Shown in pieces: positions 35,398-45,623 of a DNA stretch of 64,000 bases (positions are counted from its first letter, which is position 1; each line of letters starts with the position of its first letter). The DNA comes from an uncultured archaeon (GTDB lineage Archaea; Nanobdellota; Nanobdellia; Woesearchaeales; CAIVOO01): assembly GCA_903904885.1 (NCBI GenBank), contig CAIVED010000044.1:5579-69578 (forward strand), given 5' to 3'. The notes under the pieces are model-generated. The model was not told the origin of the DNA. It worked only from the letters and a program-made list of their open reading frames with translations, and ran no database searches. Both the position numbers and the translations under genes were made by a program.

Positions 35398-36054
35398 ATG
35401 GCCAAAAAAATAAAACACGGGTCAGGCAGGAAAGAGTGGATTATAATCGCAATAATTGTCGCAATTGCAATTGCCCTGGCGTTTGTTTTCTATTCAATGC
35501 CCAAAAGCACGATTGATTATCTTGCAACAGTCAACGGTGCAAAAATATACCCGCAGGACCTGAGCGAGATTGCTCTTACAATCCCCCAGAGTGCCAGGGG
35601 CAACATAACCGATGCGGACCTGCTTGAGCAGGCAATAAATTTTGAGATAATAAACCAGGAAGCTGAAAAACTGGGTATAACCGTGAGTGATGAAGAGGTT
35701 GAGCAGAGCATAGAGGAATCAGTGAAAGGCTTCGGCATGACAGTTGCAGATTTGAACGCATCACTGAAGCAGCAGAACATAAAATGGAATACCCTGTTCA
35801 ACGCCTACCGGAAGCAGATTTTGTCCTACAGGTTTCTGAACAGTACAATTCTCAGGAACATTTCAGTTTCAGAGCAGGAAATGAAAGCGCTGTACAGCCA
35901 GTATACATCTCAATTGAACACATCCTATGATAGCATAAGGCAGGACTTGAACAATACTGTGTTTGCAATAAAGGGTCAGCAGGCCCTTGGCATCCTCCTG
36001 AAGCAGAGAAGGGCAGAGTATGAGATTTTGAGATATGTGGGCAGTTCCCAATAA
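35398..36054 (+). CDS. Membrane-anchored SurA-N/PpiD-like chaperone-domain protein.
   Basis: N-terminal TM IIIAIIVAIAIALAFVF, then LATVNGAKIYPQDLSE..., resembling the SurA N-terminal domain. Asn-sequon-rich. Confidence 0.35.
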   Translation: MAKKIKHGSGRKEWIIIAIIVAIAIALAFVFYSMPKSTIDYLATVNGAKIYPQDLSEIALTIPQSARGNITDADLLEQAINFEIINQEAEKLGITVSDEEVEQSIEESVKGFGMTVADLNASLKQQNIKWNTLFNAYRKQILSYRFLNSTILRNISVSEQEMKALYSQYTSQLNTSYDSIRQDLNNTVFAIKGQQALGILLKQRRAEYEILRYVGSSQ

Positions 36055-36085
36055 CTTTATAAAAACCTCTTCCTAATTCTACTCC

Positions 36086-37171
36086 ATGAAAAAGGACCTT
36101 TCAACACTGGAGATAAGGCAGCTGGTTAATGAGCTGCAGTTCCTTGTAAACGGCAGGTTTGAAAAGATTTACCAGCTGTCCCCGAAGGATTTTGTGCTAA
36201 AGGTGCATTCACCTAATGCAAGCGCTTTTCTGAAAATAAGCGGAAAGTTTGTATATCTCTGCAATGACAAGGGAAACGTCCCTGAAAAGCCTTCAACATT
36301 CTGCACAATCCTGAGAAAAATCATTGAAAACAAGAAAATAAAGAAAATCTGGCAAAAAGAGTCCGAGAGGATTGTTGCCTTTGAAACAGAATCAAGCATG
36401 CTTTTGGTTGAGCTATTCGGCCAGGGAAATGTTGTGCTGTGCGATTCTGATTACAAGGTGATTTCGGCAAGCAGGATACAGAAGGAAGGCAGAGTAATAA
36501 AGCAGAAAGAAAAATATGAATTCCCTGAAGGAAAGAAAAATGTCTTCAAACTTTCTGAAAAGGATTTTCTGGAGCTGATAAAATCATCAAATTCAGAGAT
36601 TGTCAAGGCAATTGCCGGCATGATTGGAGGGGTTTATGCAGAGGAGGTGTGTTTAAGGGCAGGAATTGACAAAAGTGCCAAAGAAATAGAAGACTGTGAA
36701 ATCAAAAAACTTTACAAATCTTTCCAGGGGCTGATTTCAGAGGAGCCGTCGCCGATGGTTGTTTTTGGCGAAACGCCTGTTGATGCGGTTATTTTTGACT
36801 TGCAGATTTATGACGGGAAAAACAAGGTTGCTTTCTCAGCATTTTACGAGGCCCTTGACAGCTATCTTTCCCAGGCAACGGAATCTGAAAAGGAAAGCGC
36901 TGTGGAGAAAAAATACCAGGCCCAGATTGAGAAAATCGAGAATATCATTGCAATACAGGAGAAATCAATATCCGGGCTGGAATCCGAGTCAGCCGAAAAC
37001 CAGAAAATCGGGGAGATGATTTATGAAAAATACCAGGAAATTTCCGGTTTGATGAAGGAACTTGAGGATGCAAGGAAGAAAATGTCCTGGCAGGAGATAA
37101 AGTCAAAAATAAAAAACAAGAAAATAATCTCAGTTGACGAGAAAAACGCGGCAATCACGGTGGATTTATGA
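36086..37171 (+). CDS. NFACT-N domain protein (Rqc2/FbpA/Tae2-like N-terminal half + coiled coil), lacking an NFACT-R/DUF814 domain.
   Basis: MKKDLSTLEIRQLVNELQFLVNGRFEKIYQLSPKDFVLKVH... pattern of the NFACT-N family. TATA at 36054-36061, ~25 nt upstream of the ATG. Confidence 0.45.
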   Translation: MKKDLSTLEIRQLVNELQFLVNGRFEKIYQLSPKDFVLKVHSPNASAFLKISGKFVYLCNDKGNVPEKPSTFCTILRKIIENKKIKKIWQKESERIVAFETESSMLLVELFGQGNVVLCDSDYKVISASRIQKEGRVIKQKEKYEFPEGKKNVFKLSEKDFLELIKSSNSEIVKAIAGMIGGVYAEEVCLRAGIDKSAKEIEDCEIKKLYKSFQGLISEEPSPMVVFGETPVDAVIFDLQIYDGKNKVAFSAFYEALDSYLSQATESEKESAVEKKYQAQIEKIENIIAIQEKSISGLESESAENQKIGEMIYEKYQEISGLMKELEDARKKMSWQEIKSKIKNKKIISVDEKNAAITVDL

Positions 37172-38055
37172 ACAAATTTCTGCAAAGGTACAGTGAAATT
37201 TTTGGTGAGGATTTCAAAAAGCTGAAGGAAGTAAGAATAAAACCGGCACTAAGGGTAAATACCCTTAAAATATCAGAGAAAGAGCTGGTAAAAAGGCTTC
37301 GGGCAGAGAACGCGAAGACAGAAAAGATTCCGTTCACTGATTTCGGCTACTTTGTTGAGTCAAAATTCTCGCTGGGTTCGGCCCCGGAATATCTTTTCGG
37401 ATATTACTATACGCAGGAGTCTGCTTCGCAGTTGCCTGTGCAGGTCTTGAGGCCGGCAAAAAATGAAATTGTTTTGGACATGGCTGCCGCTCCCGGAGGG
37501 AAAACAACTCAGATTGCCCAGTACATGGAAAACAAGGGGGTTCTGGTTGCCCTGGACACAGAGGATTTCAGGCTGCAGGCATTGAGAAACAATCTTGAGA
37601 GAATGGGAATTGCTAATTGCATTGTTTACAAAAAAGACGGCCAGGATGTTTCTGATTTGGGAATCAAGTTTGACAAGATACTGCTTGATGCGCCCTGCTC
37701 CGGCAATTTTATTGTTGACCCGAAATGGTTTGACAAGAAAAGCCTGGAAGGCTTCAGGGAAAGGACAGAATTGCAGAAAAAGCTGCTGAAAGCTGCGGTT
37801 TCTGTTTTGAAGGATGGGGGTGTTTTGGTTTATTCCACCTGCTCCATGGAGCCGGAGGACGATGAGATTGTAATTGACTGGGCTTTGAAGAATCTGCCGA
37901 TAAAACTTGAAAAGATTGACCTGGGAATAGGAACGCCTGCAATAGCCGAGTTTGAAGGCCAGAAGTTTGACAGCGAGATAAATAAGTGTATAAGGATTGT
38001 GCCTTTCTTGACGAATACGCAGCCGTTCTTTATTGCGAAGATAGTTAAGAAATGA
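37168..38055 (+). CDS. NOL1/NOP2/Sun-family RNA cytosine-C5 methyltransferase.
   Basis: LDMAAAPGGKTTQIA (motif I), DKILLDAPCSGNF (motif IV, catalytic Cys), VYSTCSM (motif VI). Confidence 0.8.
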   Translation: MNKFLQRYSEIFGEDFKKLKEVRIKPALRVNTLKISEKELVKRLRAENAKTEKIPFTDFGYFVESKFSLGSAPEYLFGYYYTQESASQLPVQVLRPAKNEIVLDMAAAPGGKTTQIAQYMENKGVLVALDTEDFRLQALRNNLERMGIANCIVYKKDGQDVSDLGIKFDKILLDAPCSGNFIVDPKWFDKKSLEGFRERTELQKKLLKAAVSVLKDGGVLVYSTCSMEPEDDEIVIDWALKNLPIKLEKIDLGIGTPAIAEFEGQKFDSEINKCIRIVPFLTNTQPFFIAKIVKK

Positions 38056-38104
38056 CTATTCTGGAGTAGAAAAATATATAAACCCCCTTGCTTGTTTTGC
38101 AATT

Positions 38105-39133
38105 ATGAGATATGAAGAGCTTAAAAGTGCCGACCCTGATTGGGTTTGCAAAGGCAAACTGGAGGGCGCCACGTTCTTCGAGGCGTACCAGTTATCAATG
38201 GAAAAAGGGCTTGTCATCGCATCTCCTGCAGAACTTGAGGATTTCCTGTTAAAAAACCCTCAGTTTAATGGAGGGTATTTTGGAAGCGGTGAGATAATAG
38301 CCTATAACCGCGGATTGGGGAAGCTTGGAGATTTTGTTTTTTTCAAGAGCAAGGAAGGCTCCATAGCTCTGGATGTCCCAAGAGCCTATGTGGGGTATGA
38401 TGGATTTGTTTTCATAGATCCTCCTGCATATGAATTGGAAATGCCTGAGAAAAGGCAAATTAATATTTTAATTTCGGAAAGCCATACTAAATCTATCAGA
38501 CACCTCAAATCCCAATGTGTTCCTTCAAACTTGTTTTTACGGCAGGATTCTTCCTATGTCGGCCCGGCATTTGCTGGCGGGCTTTATCGGAAAGGGCGTT
38601 TCAGCACAACACTTTCTCCTTTTGACCTGCATAGCTATCTGCTGGTTGAACCGAAACCTGAAACTGCAGCCCTGCCTGCAAAACCTGAAGAAGATCTCGA
38701 GGCAAAGGTTGAGGCTGCGCCTGTTGAGTCTGTGGCGGATAATATAATTGTACCGCTACCAGCTCCTTCGTTCACAGTCATTAAAATATCCAATCTTGAT
38801 AAATATTCTGCCGCCCTTCATAATGCAAAAATGGGAGCAGATGGCCTCTTTCATGGTATGAAAGGCGGAGAAAGGGCCGGAAAGAGCGTTTTCGAGGGAA
38901 CCACGCATATGAAAAAACTAGTGGAGCTTTTGGATGCAGTTTCTCCGGATTCCGGTTCAATTAAATTAGACCTGGAAACTGCCCAGTATCAGAAACTTTT
39001 GTCAGATGCGCAAAAAAATTTGGGTTATATTAAAGACCATTCTAACCGAGAAAACAGAACACTTTGGCTCTGCTTTGAACCATTGCTGGACCTTCTCAAA
39101 TCTTCTCCGCCACAACCGCCTTCTCAAAAATAA
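38105..39133 (+). CDS. Hypothetical 342-aa protein.
   Basis: Track ORF. Confidence 0.35.
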   Translation: MRYEELKSADPDWVCKGKLEGATFFEAYQLSMEKGLVIASPAELEDFLLKNPQFNGGYFGSGEIIAYNRGLGKLGDFVFFKSKEGSIALDVPRAYVGYDGFVFIDPPAYELEMPEKRQINILISESHTKSIRHLKSQCVPSNLFLRQDSSYVGPAFAGGLYRKGRFSTTLSPFDLHSYLLVEPKPETAALPAKPEEDLEAKVEAAPVESVADNIIVPLPAPSFTVIKISNLDKYSAALHNAKMGADGLFHGMKGGERAGKSVFEGTTHMKKLVELLDAVSPDSGSIKLDLETAQYQKLLSDAQKNLGYIKDHSNRENRTLWLCFEPLLDLLKSSPPQPPSQK

Positions 39134-40229
39134 ACAGATGCGCTGTTTTGTCCCCTTTCAAATGCTGTTCATATCTGGTTCGCTCTGTCCAGTAATCCTG
39201 GGGGAGAATCTTGTAGCGTATCAGAATCCTGCCGATTTTGTTTTTCTGCAGTGATTTCACAATGCTTTCAAAATCGTGGTGAACCACATCAAGCACAGCA
39301 AATGAATTCCTGAAAAACGGGCTTTCAACCAGCTCATCGGATGTTAGCACAGAATACTCAATTGGGATTGTTTTTGTGATTTTGGCAAGCTGCGCACTCA
39401 TCCCTGCCTTTACAACAGCAGAATCAACTTCATACAAATATTTCATCGGCAGATTTTTCTTGTTGACAACCGGCTCTTTTGTGTTGTCATTTTCCATCCT
39501 TGCGCCCGAAGGAAGTACAACAGCGGAAACATCTGTTTTTTTCAGGCTGCCGAAATAAAGGGTCAGCCGGTTCAGGTGGCCTTCGACAGAAAGGTATTCT
39601 TTTTCGCAGTCAAATTTAATGCCTGAAATCTGGGGAGGGAATTCGATTGCAATGTTTTTCCCGTATTTTTTCAGCAGCAGTTCAGGATTTGGGGATATTG
39701 TCTCGGCTTTTCTTTCCTTTTCCTCTGCCAACCGCTCAGGGTCGCAGAAGAAAATATCTGCATCTTTTATTTTTTGGATTATTTTATCATCAAGGGCATC
39801 GCCCAGGATAAATTCAACATTGTGGATGTCAAGAATCTTTGCGTTTTCAATGCAGTACCGCATTTTCCGTTCATCAATCTCAACTGCGTAGACCTTTTTG
39901 CATTTTCTTGCGAATTCAAATGCCTGCATCCCCACAGAGCAGCCCAGCTCTGCGATTGCATCGCATTTCAGCCGTTTTGCCCTATAATCGCCGACAATCT
40001 TCGGCGTTGCGAATCTCAAATCAGCCTGGTTGAAATAGAGATTGTCCGGAAGCCCCTTTGATTTTGCCTTTCGCCTTGCCAGGGCAATGTCATAAATCTC
40101 TTCAATCATCTCCATTTCAAGTTGCTCAATGATTGCTGTTTTGTATGCCCCTGCCTCCAGCATTATGTTTATCTTTTTTATGGCTGTCTCGATTCTCTTT
40201 TTTGGATGGATGTCAAATAGTGTAGCCAT
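39096..40229 (-). CDS. Class I SAM-dependent (RNA?) methyltransferase, Tgs1/Trm-like, with a ~200-aa C-terminal extension.
   Basis: DAIAELGCSVGMQAFEFARKCKKVYAVEIDERK...FILGDALD. The start was moved to MATLFD (40229) to avoid a 68-nt overlap with pcm. Confidence 0.4.
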   Translation of the reverse strand: MATLFDIHPKKRIETAIKKINIMLEAGAYKTAIIEQLEMEMIEEIYDIALARRKAKSKGLPDNLYFNQADLRFATPKIVGDYRAKRLKCDAIAELGCSVGMQAFEFARKCKKVYAVEIDERKMRYCIENAKILDIHNVEFILGDALDDKIIQKIKDADIFFCDPERLAEEKERKAETISPNPELLLKKYGKNIAIEFPPQISGIKFDCEKEYLSVEGHLNRLTLYFGSLKKTDVSAVVLPSGARMENDNTKEPVVNKKNLPMKYLYEVDSAVVKAGMSAQLAKITKTIPIEYSVLTSDELVESPFFRNSFAVLDVVHHDFESIVKSLQKNKIGRILIRYKILPQDYWTERTRYEQHLKGDKTAHLFIFEKAVVAEKI

Positions 40230-40863
40230 ACTCTCCTCTTGCCGGGACAAAGCTGAAGGCCCCAAGGTCTTTTGCCTCATTTCCCTTTTTTGTTTTTTTG
40301 AGCTTTATCATCTTTTGGGTGTTTATCATCTTTTTGCTGTATTCGGGGCCCACAGGGGCAACCAGTATTCCATTTTCCCTGAGCTGCTCCAGCCATTCGT
40401 CCGGAATCCTTGGAATAGCTGCTGTGCAGATTATCTTATCATAGGGCGCTTCCTGGGGATAGCCCTTTGTTCCGTCGCCCCGGATTACAATAACATTGCC
40501 AATCCCTGCTTTCTTCAGGTTTCCTGATGCAAAGTTTGCAAGTTCCCTTAGGTATTCTATGCTTATTACCTTTCCTTTTTTGCATACCGCGCCCATAAGC
40601 GCTGCATTGTAGCCAGAGCCTGCGCCAATCTCAAGCACTTTGTCTGTTTCTTTTAATTCAAGCGCATTAAGCATTACCATAATTGTTGACGGCTGCGATA
40701 TTGTCTGGCCTGCCAGTATTGGAATTGGAGAATCCTCGTAGGCATATTTTTGGTCTTTTTCCGGGATAAAATCCTCCCTTCTTATTTTTTCAAATGCAGC
40801 GATGACCATTTCATCAATCCCCTCAACCCTGAACTTCCTTGCCAATAATTCTTTTTGGTTCAT
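40213..40863 (-). CDS. pcm: Protein-L-isoaspartate O-methyltransferase.
   Basis: GQTISQPSTIMVMLNAL (hallmark), LEIGAGSGYNAALM. Confidence 0.85.
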   Translation of the reverse strand: MNQKELLARKFRVEGIDEMVIAAFEKIRREDFIPEKDQKYAYEDSPIPILAGQTISQPSTIMVMLNALELKETDKVLEIGAGSGYNAALMGAVCKKGKVISIEYLRELANFASGNLKKAGIGNVIVIRGDGTKGYPQEAPYDKIICTAAIPRIPDEWLEQLRENGILVAPVGPEYSKKMINTQKMIKLKKTKKGNEAKDLGAFSFVPARGEYGYTI

Positions 40864-41819
40864 TTCAGCACAACTATCTTCTTTGTCAAGCTTTTATGTA
40901 TGTAATTCTCAAACTCTTCCTCAATCTTAAATCCTGCATTCTTTATAATCTTTTTGTAGTCTATAAAGCCCGGAAATGAAACAACCGCCTTCTTGATTTT
41001 CCATGTTTTGATGTTCAGCAAAAAATTCAGGTACAGCTTGTCAGGTTTTTCTGTCACCTCGCTGTTCCTTCCGTAGGGCAAATCAGTTGCAACATAATCA
41101 CATTTAATTCTCGCTTTTGTCGCGTCATCAACCTGCAGATGCCAGTATTTTGCCTTGTTCTTCTCAAGGTTTTTTGTTGACAGATTAATCATCCTCGGGG
41201 AGATGTCGCAGCCGATTGTTTTCATTCCCATCAGCCCCGCCTCAACAAGGATCCCCCCGGTGCCGCAGAATGGGTCGCAGATTGTCTCATTTTTTTCCGC
41301 TCCGGTCAGGTTTACCATTGCCTTTGCGAGCTTGGGGTTTATTGCTGTTGGGTAAACTGCAGATTTCATTGCCGCCTTTCTGCCTAAATAGGACTTGTCT
41401 GTTTCGCCGAGAAAAATTCCAACATGAATCTTTTTATCGCATATCAGGAAAATCTTTGTTTTTGCTTCTTTCAAATCCACTTTGGGATTCTTGACTTTCC
41501 GCCAGACAAACTTAGCATATTCTGCTTCTGGCTTTATTGTTTTGCCATTAATCGCTCTTATGGAAAAACTTTCGTTGTAGACTGGCTGCCAGTCAAATTC
41601 CTGCATTTTTGCTTCCAATTCAGCAGTTTTGCATGAAAAAAGGAACCTGAAAACCGAATTTGCGTATGCGAGGCGCTTTTTTGCCTTTTTTATTTCATCT
41701 TCATCGCAGTCTGCAATCAGAATATTTTCTTCTGCCCTGAACTCCTTTTTCATAACCGCGCTGAACTCTGCATATGCCAGCTTAAGGTCTTCTTTGGATA
41801 GGATGAAGAGGGCTTTCAT
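40860..41819 (-). CDS. Trm11-like THUMP-domain tRNA (guanine-N2) methyltransferase.
   Basis: ICDPFCGTGGILVEAG and VATDLPYG (D/NPPY-type motif IV). Confidence 0.6.
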   Translation of the reverse strand: MKALFILSKEDLKLAYAEFSAVMKKEFRAEENILIADCDEDEIKKAKKRLAYANSVFRFLFSCKTAELEAKMQEFDWQPVYNESFSIRAINGKTIKPEAEYAKFVWRKVKNPKVDLKEAKTKIFLICDKKIHVGIFLGETDKSYLGRKAAMKSAVYPTAINPKLAKAMVNLTGAEKNETICDPFCGTGGILVEAGLMGMKTIGCDISPRMINLSTKNLEKNKAKYWHLQVDDATKARIKCDYVATDLPYGRNSEVTEKPDKLYLNFLLNIKTWKIKKAVVSFPGFIDYKKIIKNAGFKIEEEFENYIHKSLTKKIVVLK

Positions 41820-41944
41820 GGGTGTTCTTCTGGTTTAAACTATAAATATATTACTATTTTTTTACAACAACAAAATTCCAAGGGAATTTTGAGTTCCAAA
41901 AAACTGCCAAAATGCCAAAAATAAGGCATTTTTTTGGAATATCG

Positions 41945-41958
41945 CAAACTATTTAAAG
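41945..41958 (+). promoter_or_regulatory. TATA (ctATTTAAAg) for the leaderless wHTH gene. The divergent minus-strand TATA (atatatttata, 41843-41856) serves the Trm11-like gene. The intervening region has ccaaaa(a) repeats.
   Basis: Seen in sequence. Confidence 0.35.
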
Positions 41959-41981
41959 CAAAAATGGTTTTTTGGCTGTTT

Positions 41982-42317
41982 ATGGCAAAGAGAGGACGTC
42001 CGGTTAAATCGCCCATAAGGCAGAACATTGTTGAAGTTCTTTATTTCATGGGAGAGGGATACGGCTATGAGATTTACAAAATCTACCGCGAGATTTTCCC
42101 GAAATGCACCCAGAAGTCAATTTACTATCATTTGAAAAAAGGCATCTCAACAGGGGAATTCATTGTTAAAAAAATCGAGAAAGAAAAGGGTGACTTTTCC
42201 TGGGGAAGCGAGGTTGAGAAGAAATATTACGCGCTTGGCCCCAATGCAAAGCCGAAAATTGACAAAAACGTAAAAGAAGTGGTTGAGGACTATGCAAAAA
42301 AGCGTAAGCGAGCCTGA
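41982..42317 (+). CDS. Small winged-helix (PadR-like) putative transcription regulator.
   Basis: GYGYEIYKIYREIFPKCTQKSIYYHLKKG is consistent with a wHTH recognition helix and wing. Confidence 0.4.
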   Translation: MAKRGRPVKSPIRQNIVEVLYFMGEGYGYEIYKIYREIFPKCTQKSIYYHLKKGISTGEFIVKKIEKEKGDFSWGSEVEKKYYALGPNAKPKIDKNVKEVVEDYAKKRKRA

Positions 42318-42897
42318 TAAGATACTGAGGATAGTGCTTTTCTCGGTTTACCTTGCATTCATAGTGTTCTTTGTTTTCCTTTTCTTCAAGGGATTGAAGT
42401 TTTCATTGATAGTGTTTTATGTTTCAACTGCGTATTTTGTGATTGTTTTCCTTTTCCTGGCAATAACAAGAAACCTTCATTTCAATATCCTGCTTAGCAG
42501 GAAGGATATACGCAGGACATTGTTCAGTTCCAATTTCCCGCTGACAAAATCCATGTTTTTCAAGGCAATATCCTGGGTGGCGATTGGCTGCCTTGCTGTA
42601 ATGACCGGGTTTTATTTCTATTTCGGGCTCTGGGTCCATGCAACCGTGCTTTTGGTTATCGCGCTATTCGCCTACTTCTATTTCAACCACCACAAGATTG
42701 GCATCCATGTAATAAGCGAGGGAATCGCCTTTGACTACGGCGAGATAATTGTTCTGCTGCAGTGGAGCGAAATTAAGAAAATAACAGTTAAAGGAAACAG
42801 CGTGGTTGCAGAGCTGAAGGAGAAGCGCATAAAACGAAAGTTCTACGTGAACAATCCCGAAGAATTCAGGAAGATTGTTAAGAAGTTCGGGTTTTAA
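42292..42897 (+). CDS. Membrane protein (4 TM) with a C-terminal PH/YdbT-like soluble domain.
   Basis: Track ORF 42283..42897. Internal ATG at 42292. Confidence 0.35.
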   Translation: MQKSVSEPDKILRIVLFSVYLAFIVFFVFLFFKGLKFSLIVFYVSTAYFVIVFLFLAITRNLHFNILLSRKDIRRTLFSSNFPLTKSMFFKAISWVAIGCLAVMTGFYFYFGLWVHATVLLVIALFAYFYFNHHKIGIHVISEGIAFDYGEIIVLLQWSEIKKITVKGNSVVAELKEKRIKRKFYVNNPEEFRKIVKKFGF

Positions 42898-43223
42898 ATG
42901 GCTTGGTACTTTTTATGATACTTAGCACCCATATATTTTTCTACTTTGCTTATCAAAGTTTTAATCTGATTATTGAGCAGGTAAATCCCGCCTGCGCAGC
43001 ATAAACAAATTGCATCAAGCATTAGCATATTTTCTCCATCATCCAAGCCTGCCAGTTTAGGCATGTGTTGTCCTGTGATAAAATAACACCCAAAATCAAC
43101 AATTGGTGCCCCACAAAAAAGAATTGTACCAACGTCACTGATTTTCGTTGTTAGTTCAGCAAAGACCAATGCATCTAAAGCTGCATGGTCTGCAGAATTA
43201 TTCGCATCCTTTAATAATTTCAT
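42894..43223 (-). CDS. Hypothetical small protein (possibly CMD/AhpD-like, CxxC).
   Basis: Track ORF 42894..43310 starts at GTG and overlaps the upstream gene. The ATG at 43223 was chosen. DAICLCCAGG motif. Confidence 0.25.
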   Translation of the reverse strand: MKLLKDANNSADHAALDALVFAELTTKISDVGTILFCGAPIVDFGCYFITGQHMPKLAGLDDGENMLMLDAICLCCAGGIYLLNNQIKTLISKVEKYMGAKYHKKYQAI

Positions 43224-43285
43224 AGTTAAGACATTAGTTATAAGACATAAATATATATCTTTCGGAAGACCAAGATACTTGAATT

Positions 43286-44170
43286 TTAAATATTCTTCAA
43301 CTTCCCCCACTCCTTCACAAACCCCTCAAACTCCCTTGCAATCATCCCAACCGCCTGCTTCTCGGTTATCTTCTTGTCGCGGTATTTCTCAAGCGGGCCG
43401 AAGAAGATTGTCCTTCCGATGGCGAAGCCGATTATTTCTTTGAATTGTGAAGCGGTTTTGAGCCAGGATTTGACCTGCTGTTTTGTTCCCGCTCTTCCGA
43501 GAACAATTATCTTCGCATCTTTTTTGTTATTTGACCTTACTGCGCTAATAACATTCTGCCAGTCTTTTCTCACAGGCATTTCCTCAAGCTTCCAAATATC
43601 AGGTTCAATTCCAAATTGGCGAATTTCTTTTATTGCTTTTACAGTAAGCCCCGGCCTTGATTTAGAATCATAAATCTTTGATTTCTGCGAATCCATGGGC
43701 GGGACAAGAAGCTCGAACATAAAACCAATTTTTTTAGCTTTGCAGAAGTCACTTATCTTTTTTAATCTCCTGAGCTGGATCAAATTGTCTTTTTTATTGG
43801 CAGGATTGTACCTAACAAGAACCTTTGCACAATCTGTCCTGAACTTCAGTATGTGCCTGCCAAAATCATTCCCGTATTCAAAATCAAAAACTTTCTGCCC
43901 GCTCTTTTCGGAAGTAAATGCAGTAAATGCCCCTATTTTTTTTGCTTTTCTCAGGATATCCGCGCCAAATTCCTGGTCCACAAATATTCCCAGGTTTTTA
44001 CCCTTTTGCTTATTGTAAACTTTCAGAAATCCATCGAATATTATTTTCTTATACCTGCTTACTTTAGAATGCTGCTCTTTTGAAAGCGGCTCCTGATAGC
44101 CGAACAATTCTCTGACAAAAGTGGCCCTGTGGTCAAAGGGCAGAATGCAAAGCCTTTCCGGAACTTTCAT
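43286..44170 (-). CDS. LacD/DUF2090-like class I (TIM-barrel) aldolase.
   Basis: N-terminal CILPFDHRATF parallels ALAFDQRG of tagatose-bisphosphate aldolase LacD. About 290 aa, alternating beta/alpha pattern. Confidence 0.4.
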   Translation of the reverse strand: MKVPERLCILPFDHRATFVRELFGYQEPLSKEQHSKVSRYKKIIFDGFLKVYNKQKGKNLGIFVDQEFGADILRKAKKIGAFTAFTSEKSGQKVFDFEYGNDFGRHILKFRTDCAKVLVRYNPANKKDNLIQLRRLKKISDFCKAKKIGFMFELLVPPMDSQKSKIYDSKSRPGLTVKAIKEIRQFGIEPDIWKLEEMPVRKDWQNVISAVRSNNKKDAKIIVLGRAGTKQQVKSWLKTASQFKEIIGFAIGRTIFFGPLEKYRDKKITEKQAVGMIAREFEGFVKEWGKLKNI

Positions 44171-44413
44171 TTAGATGACTATTGCAATCAGGGTTATTAA
44201 AACTATCGATGCTCTCCCAGAAATCTCAGAGAATGAATATAACCAGGATAATCACAATCACAGCGACCCAGATAGCATTTTTTGCCAAAGGACTCAGGTC
44301 CTTTTTTTCATCTTCAATATTAACTCTTGTCCTGTCGTAGCTTAACAATTAAGGATCATCCTCTTGAACGCGTTCATCAATGCTGGTTTATTAATCTTTT
44401 GTTTTTGATTCAT

Positions 44414-45109
44414 TTATCCAATAATCGACCCGCTCAGCCCGGAAAGAAGCGCCGGTGCCATGCCGAAGTAAACCAGGTAAAATGCAGAGAACAGCAGCGG
44501 AAGCTTAACCAGGCTTTGGGGCCACTGCCTTAAAACAATGCCCTGGAATAGCGCTGAGGCAATCACAATAGCAGAAAGAAAGCCATTGAGGTAAAAGTCT
44601 GTCTCGAAACCCAGGGTGAATGCCATGAAATAGTACATTAGGGGGATTATTATGACAAAAACAAACTGCACTGTCCAGGATGCAACCTCCGATTTTGAGT
44701 CCAGCTTTGCCTGGAGCCCGGAAGCCTCTTTTATTTTCTGCACAGAATTGTAAAGCAGGTTTGCATCATTTTTCCTGCTGGCAGCAGCAAGCATGTCGCA
44801 GATTCCTGAGAAGAATGGGTCATTTGCCTCTTTTGCTGTGCCGGATATGGCTGTTTCAATATCTGCCCCGCTTTCAATCTTTTCAACCATTTTTTTGTAA
44901 TAGTATGCGGAATCCGGCTGCTCTGAAGCAGCCTGCCTCAGCGCCTTTTCAAGCGACTTGGAGGCTGAAAAGTACTGGGCTATTTTTTCAAGCATGCCTA
45001 TCCTTGACTGGTCTGCGGATTTCTCAGAGGATCTTTTAACTATGATTATTATGTACACAACCAGGGATGCCGCAAAAATGCCCCACATAACGGATGAAAT
45101 GTCAGTCAT
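44414..45109 (-). CDS. T2SSF-domain membrane protein (TadC/FlaJ C-terminal-half-like).
   Basis: N-terminal TM + cytoplasmic helical domain (SLEKALRQAASEQPD...) + 3 TM. 8-nt overlap with the upstream gene. Confidence 0.4.
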   Translation of the reverse strand: MTDISSVMWGIFAASLVVYIIIIVKRSSEKSADQSRIGMLEKIAQYFSASKSLEKALRQAASEQPDSAYYYKKMVEKIESGADIETAISGTAKEANDPFFSGICDMLAAASRKNDANLLYNSVQKIKEASGLQAKLDSKSEVASWTVQFVFVIIIPLMYYFMAFTLGFETDFYLNGFLSAIVIASALFQGIVLRQWPQSLVKLPLLFSAFYLVYFGMAPALLSGLSGSIIG

Positions 45110-45623
45110 TTTTTACCCTCTTCATGAACAGCACAGCCATGAAAATTATTGCGCATACCATCATGGATAGTATCTTCACCGAATCATTCACAGCAATTGT
45201 CCCCAGCTCCGCTGCATTGAATATCTCTGCAAGATTAGCCATAAGATAAACTCCCAGGGGAATTATAGCAAAGAAGGAGAGCCATCCTAGCTTGGAAGTC
45301 ATCGATGATGAAATATTCTCAAAGCTCTCTGATTTCTCTTTCAGCAGGCTGTCCCTCAATTCGTCAAGCTTCTGCGCCGCGAAATCCCCTGCACCGAGCG
45401 CCTGCAGGAAGTTTTTAATTTTCCCGTGCTCTTCATTTACCTGGTTCTGGAGCGCGTCGCTGAGCTGCTGGCCTGTGCCTATTTTGGCCTGCACCCCTGA
45501 AAGAAAGCTGAACTCGCCTGAGAACTTTTTAATTGTTGAATCAATGCTTAATCCGGAAATAAGCGAAACCCTGAACTGCTCTATGAGCAGAATAAACCTT
45601 TCCTGAGGGTTGCTGAATGCCAT
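45102..45623 (-). CDS. T2SSF-domain membrane protein (TadB/FlaJ N-terminal-half-like).
   Basis: Cytoplasmic helical domain (LISGLSIDSTIKKF...LSDALQNQV) followed by TM helices. Confidence 0.4.
   Translation of the reverse strand: MAFSNPQERFILLIEQFRVSLISGLSIDSTIKKFSGEFSFLSGVQAKIGTGQQLSDALQNQVNEEHGKIKNFLQALGAGDFAAQKLDELRDSLLKEKSESFENISSSMTSKLGWLSFFAIIPLGVYLMANLAEIFNAAELGTIAVNDSVKILSMMVCAIIFMAVLFMKRVKND

Noticed and set aside
39096-40280. Long start (40280) for the Tgs1-like methyltransferase
   Set aside because: It would overlap the pcm 3' end by 68 nt on the same strand. The in-frame ATG at 40229 gives a 12-nt intergenic gap.
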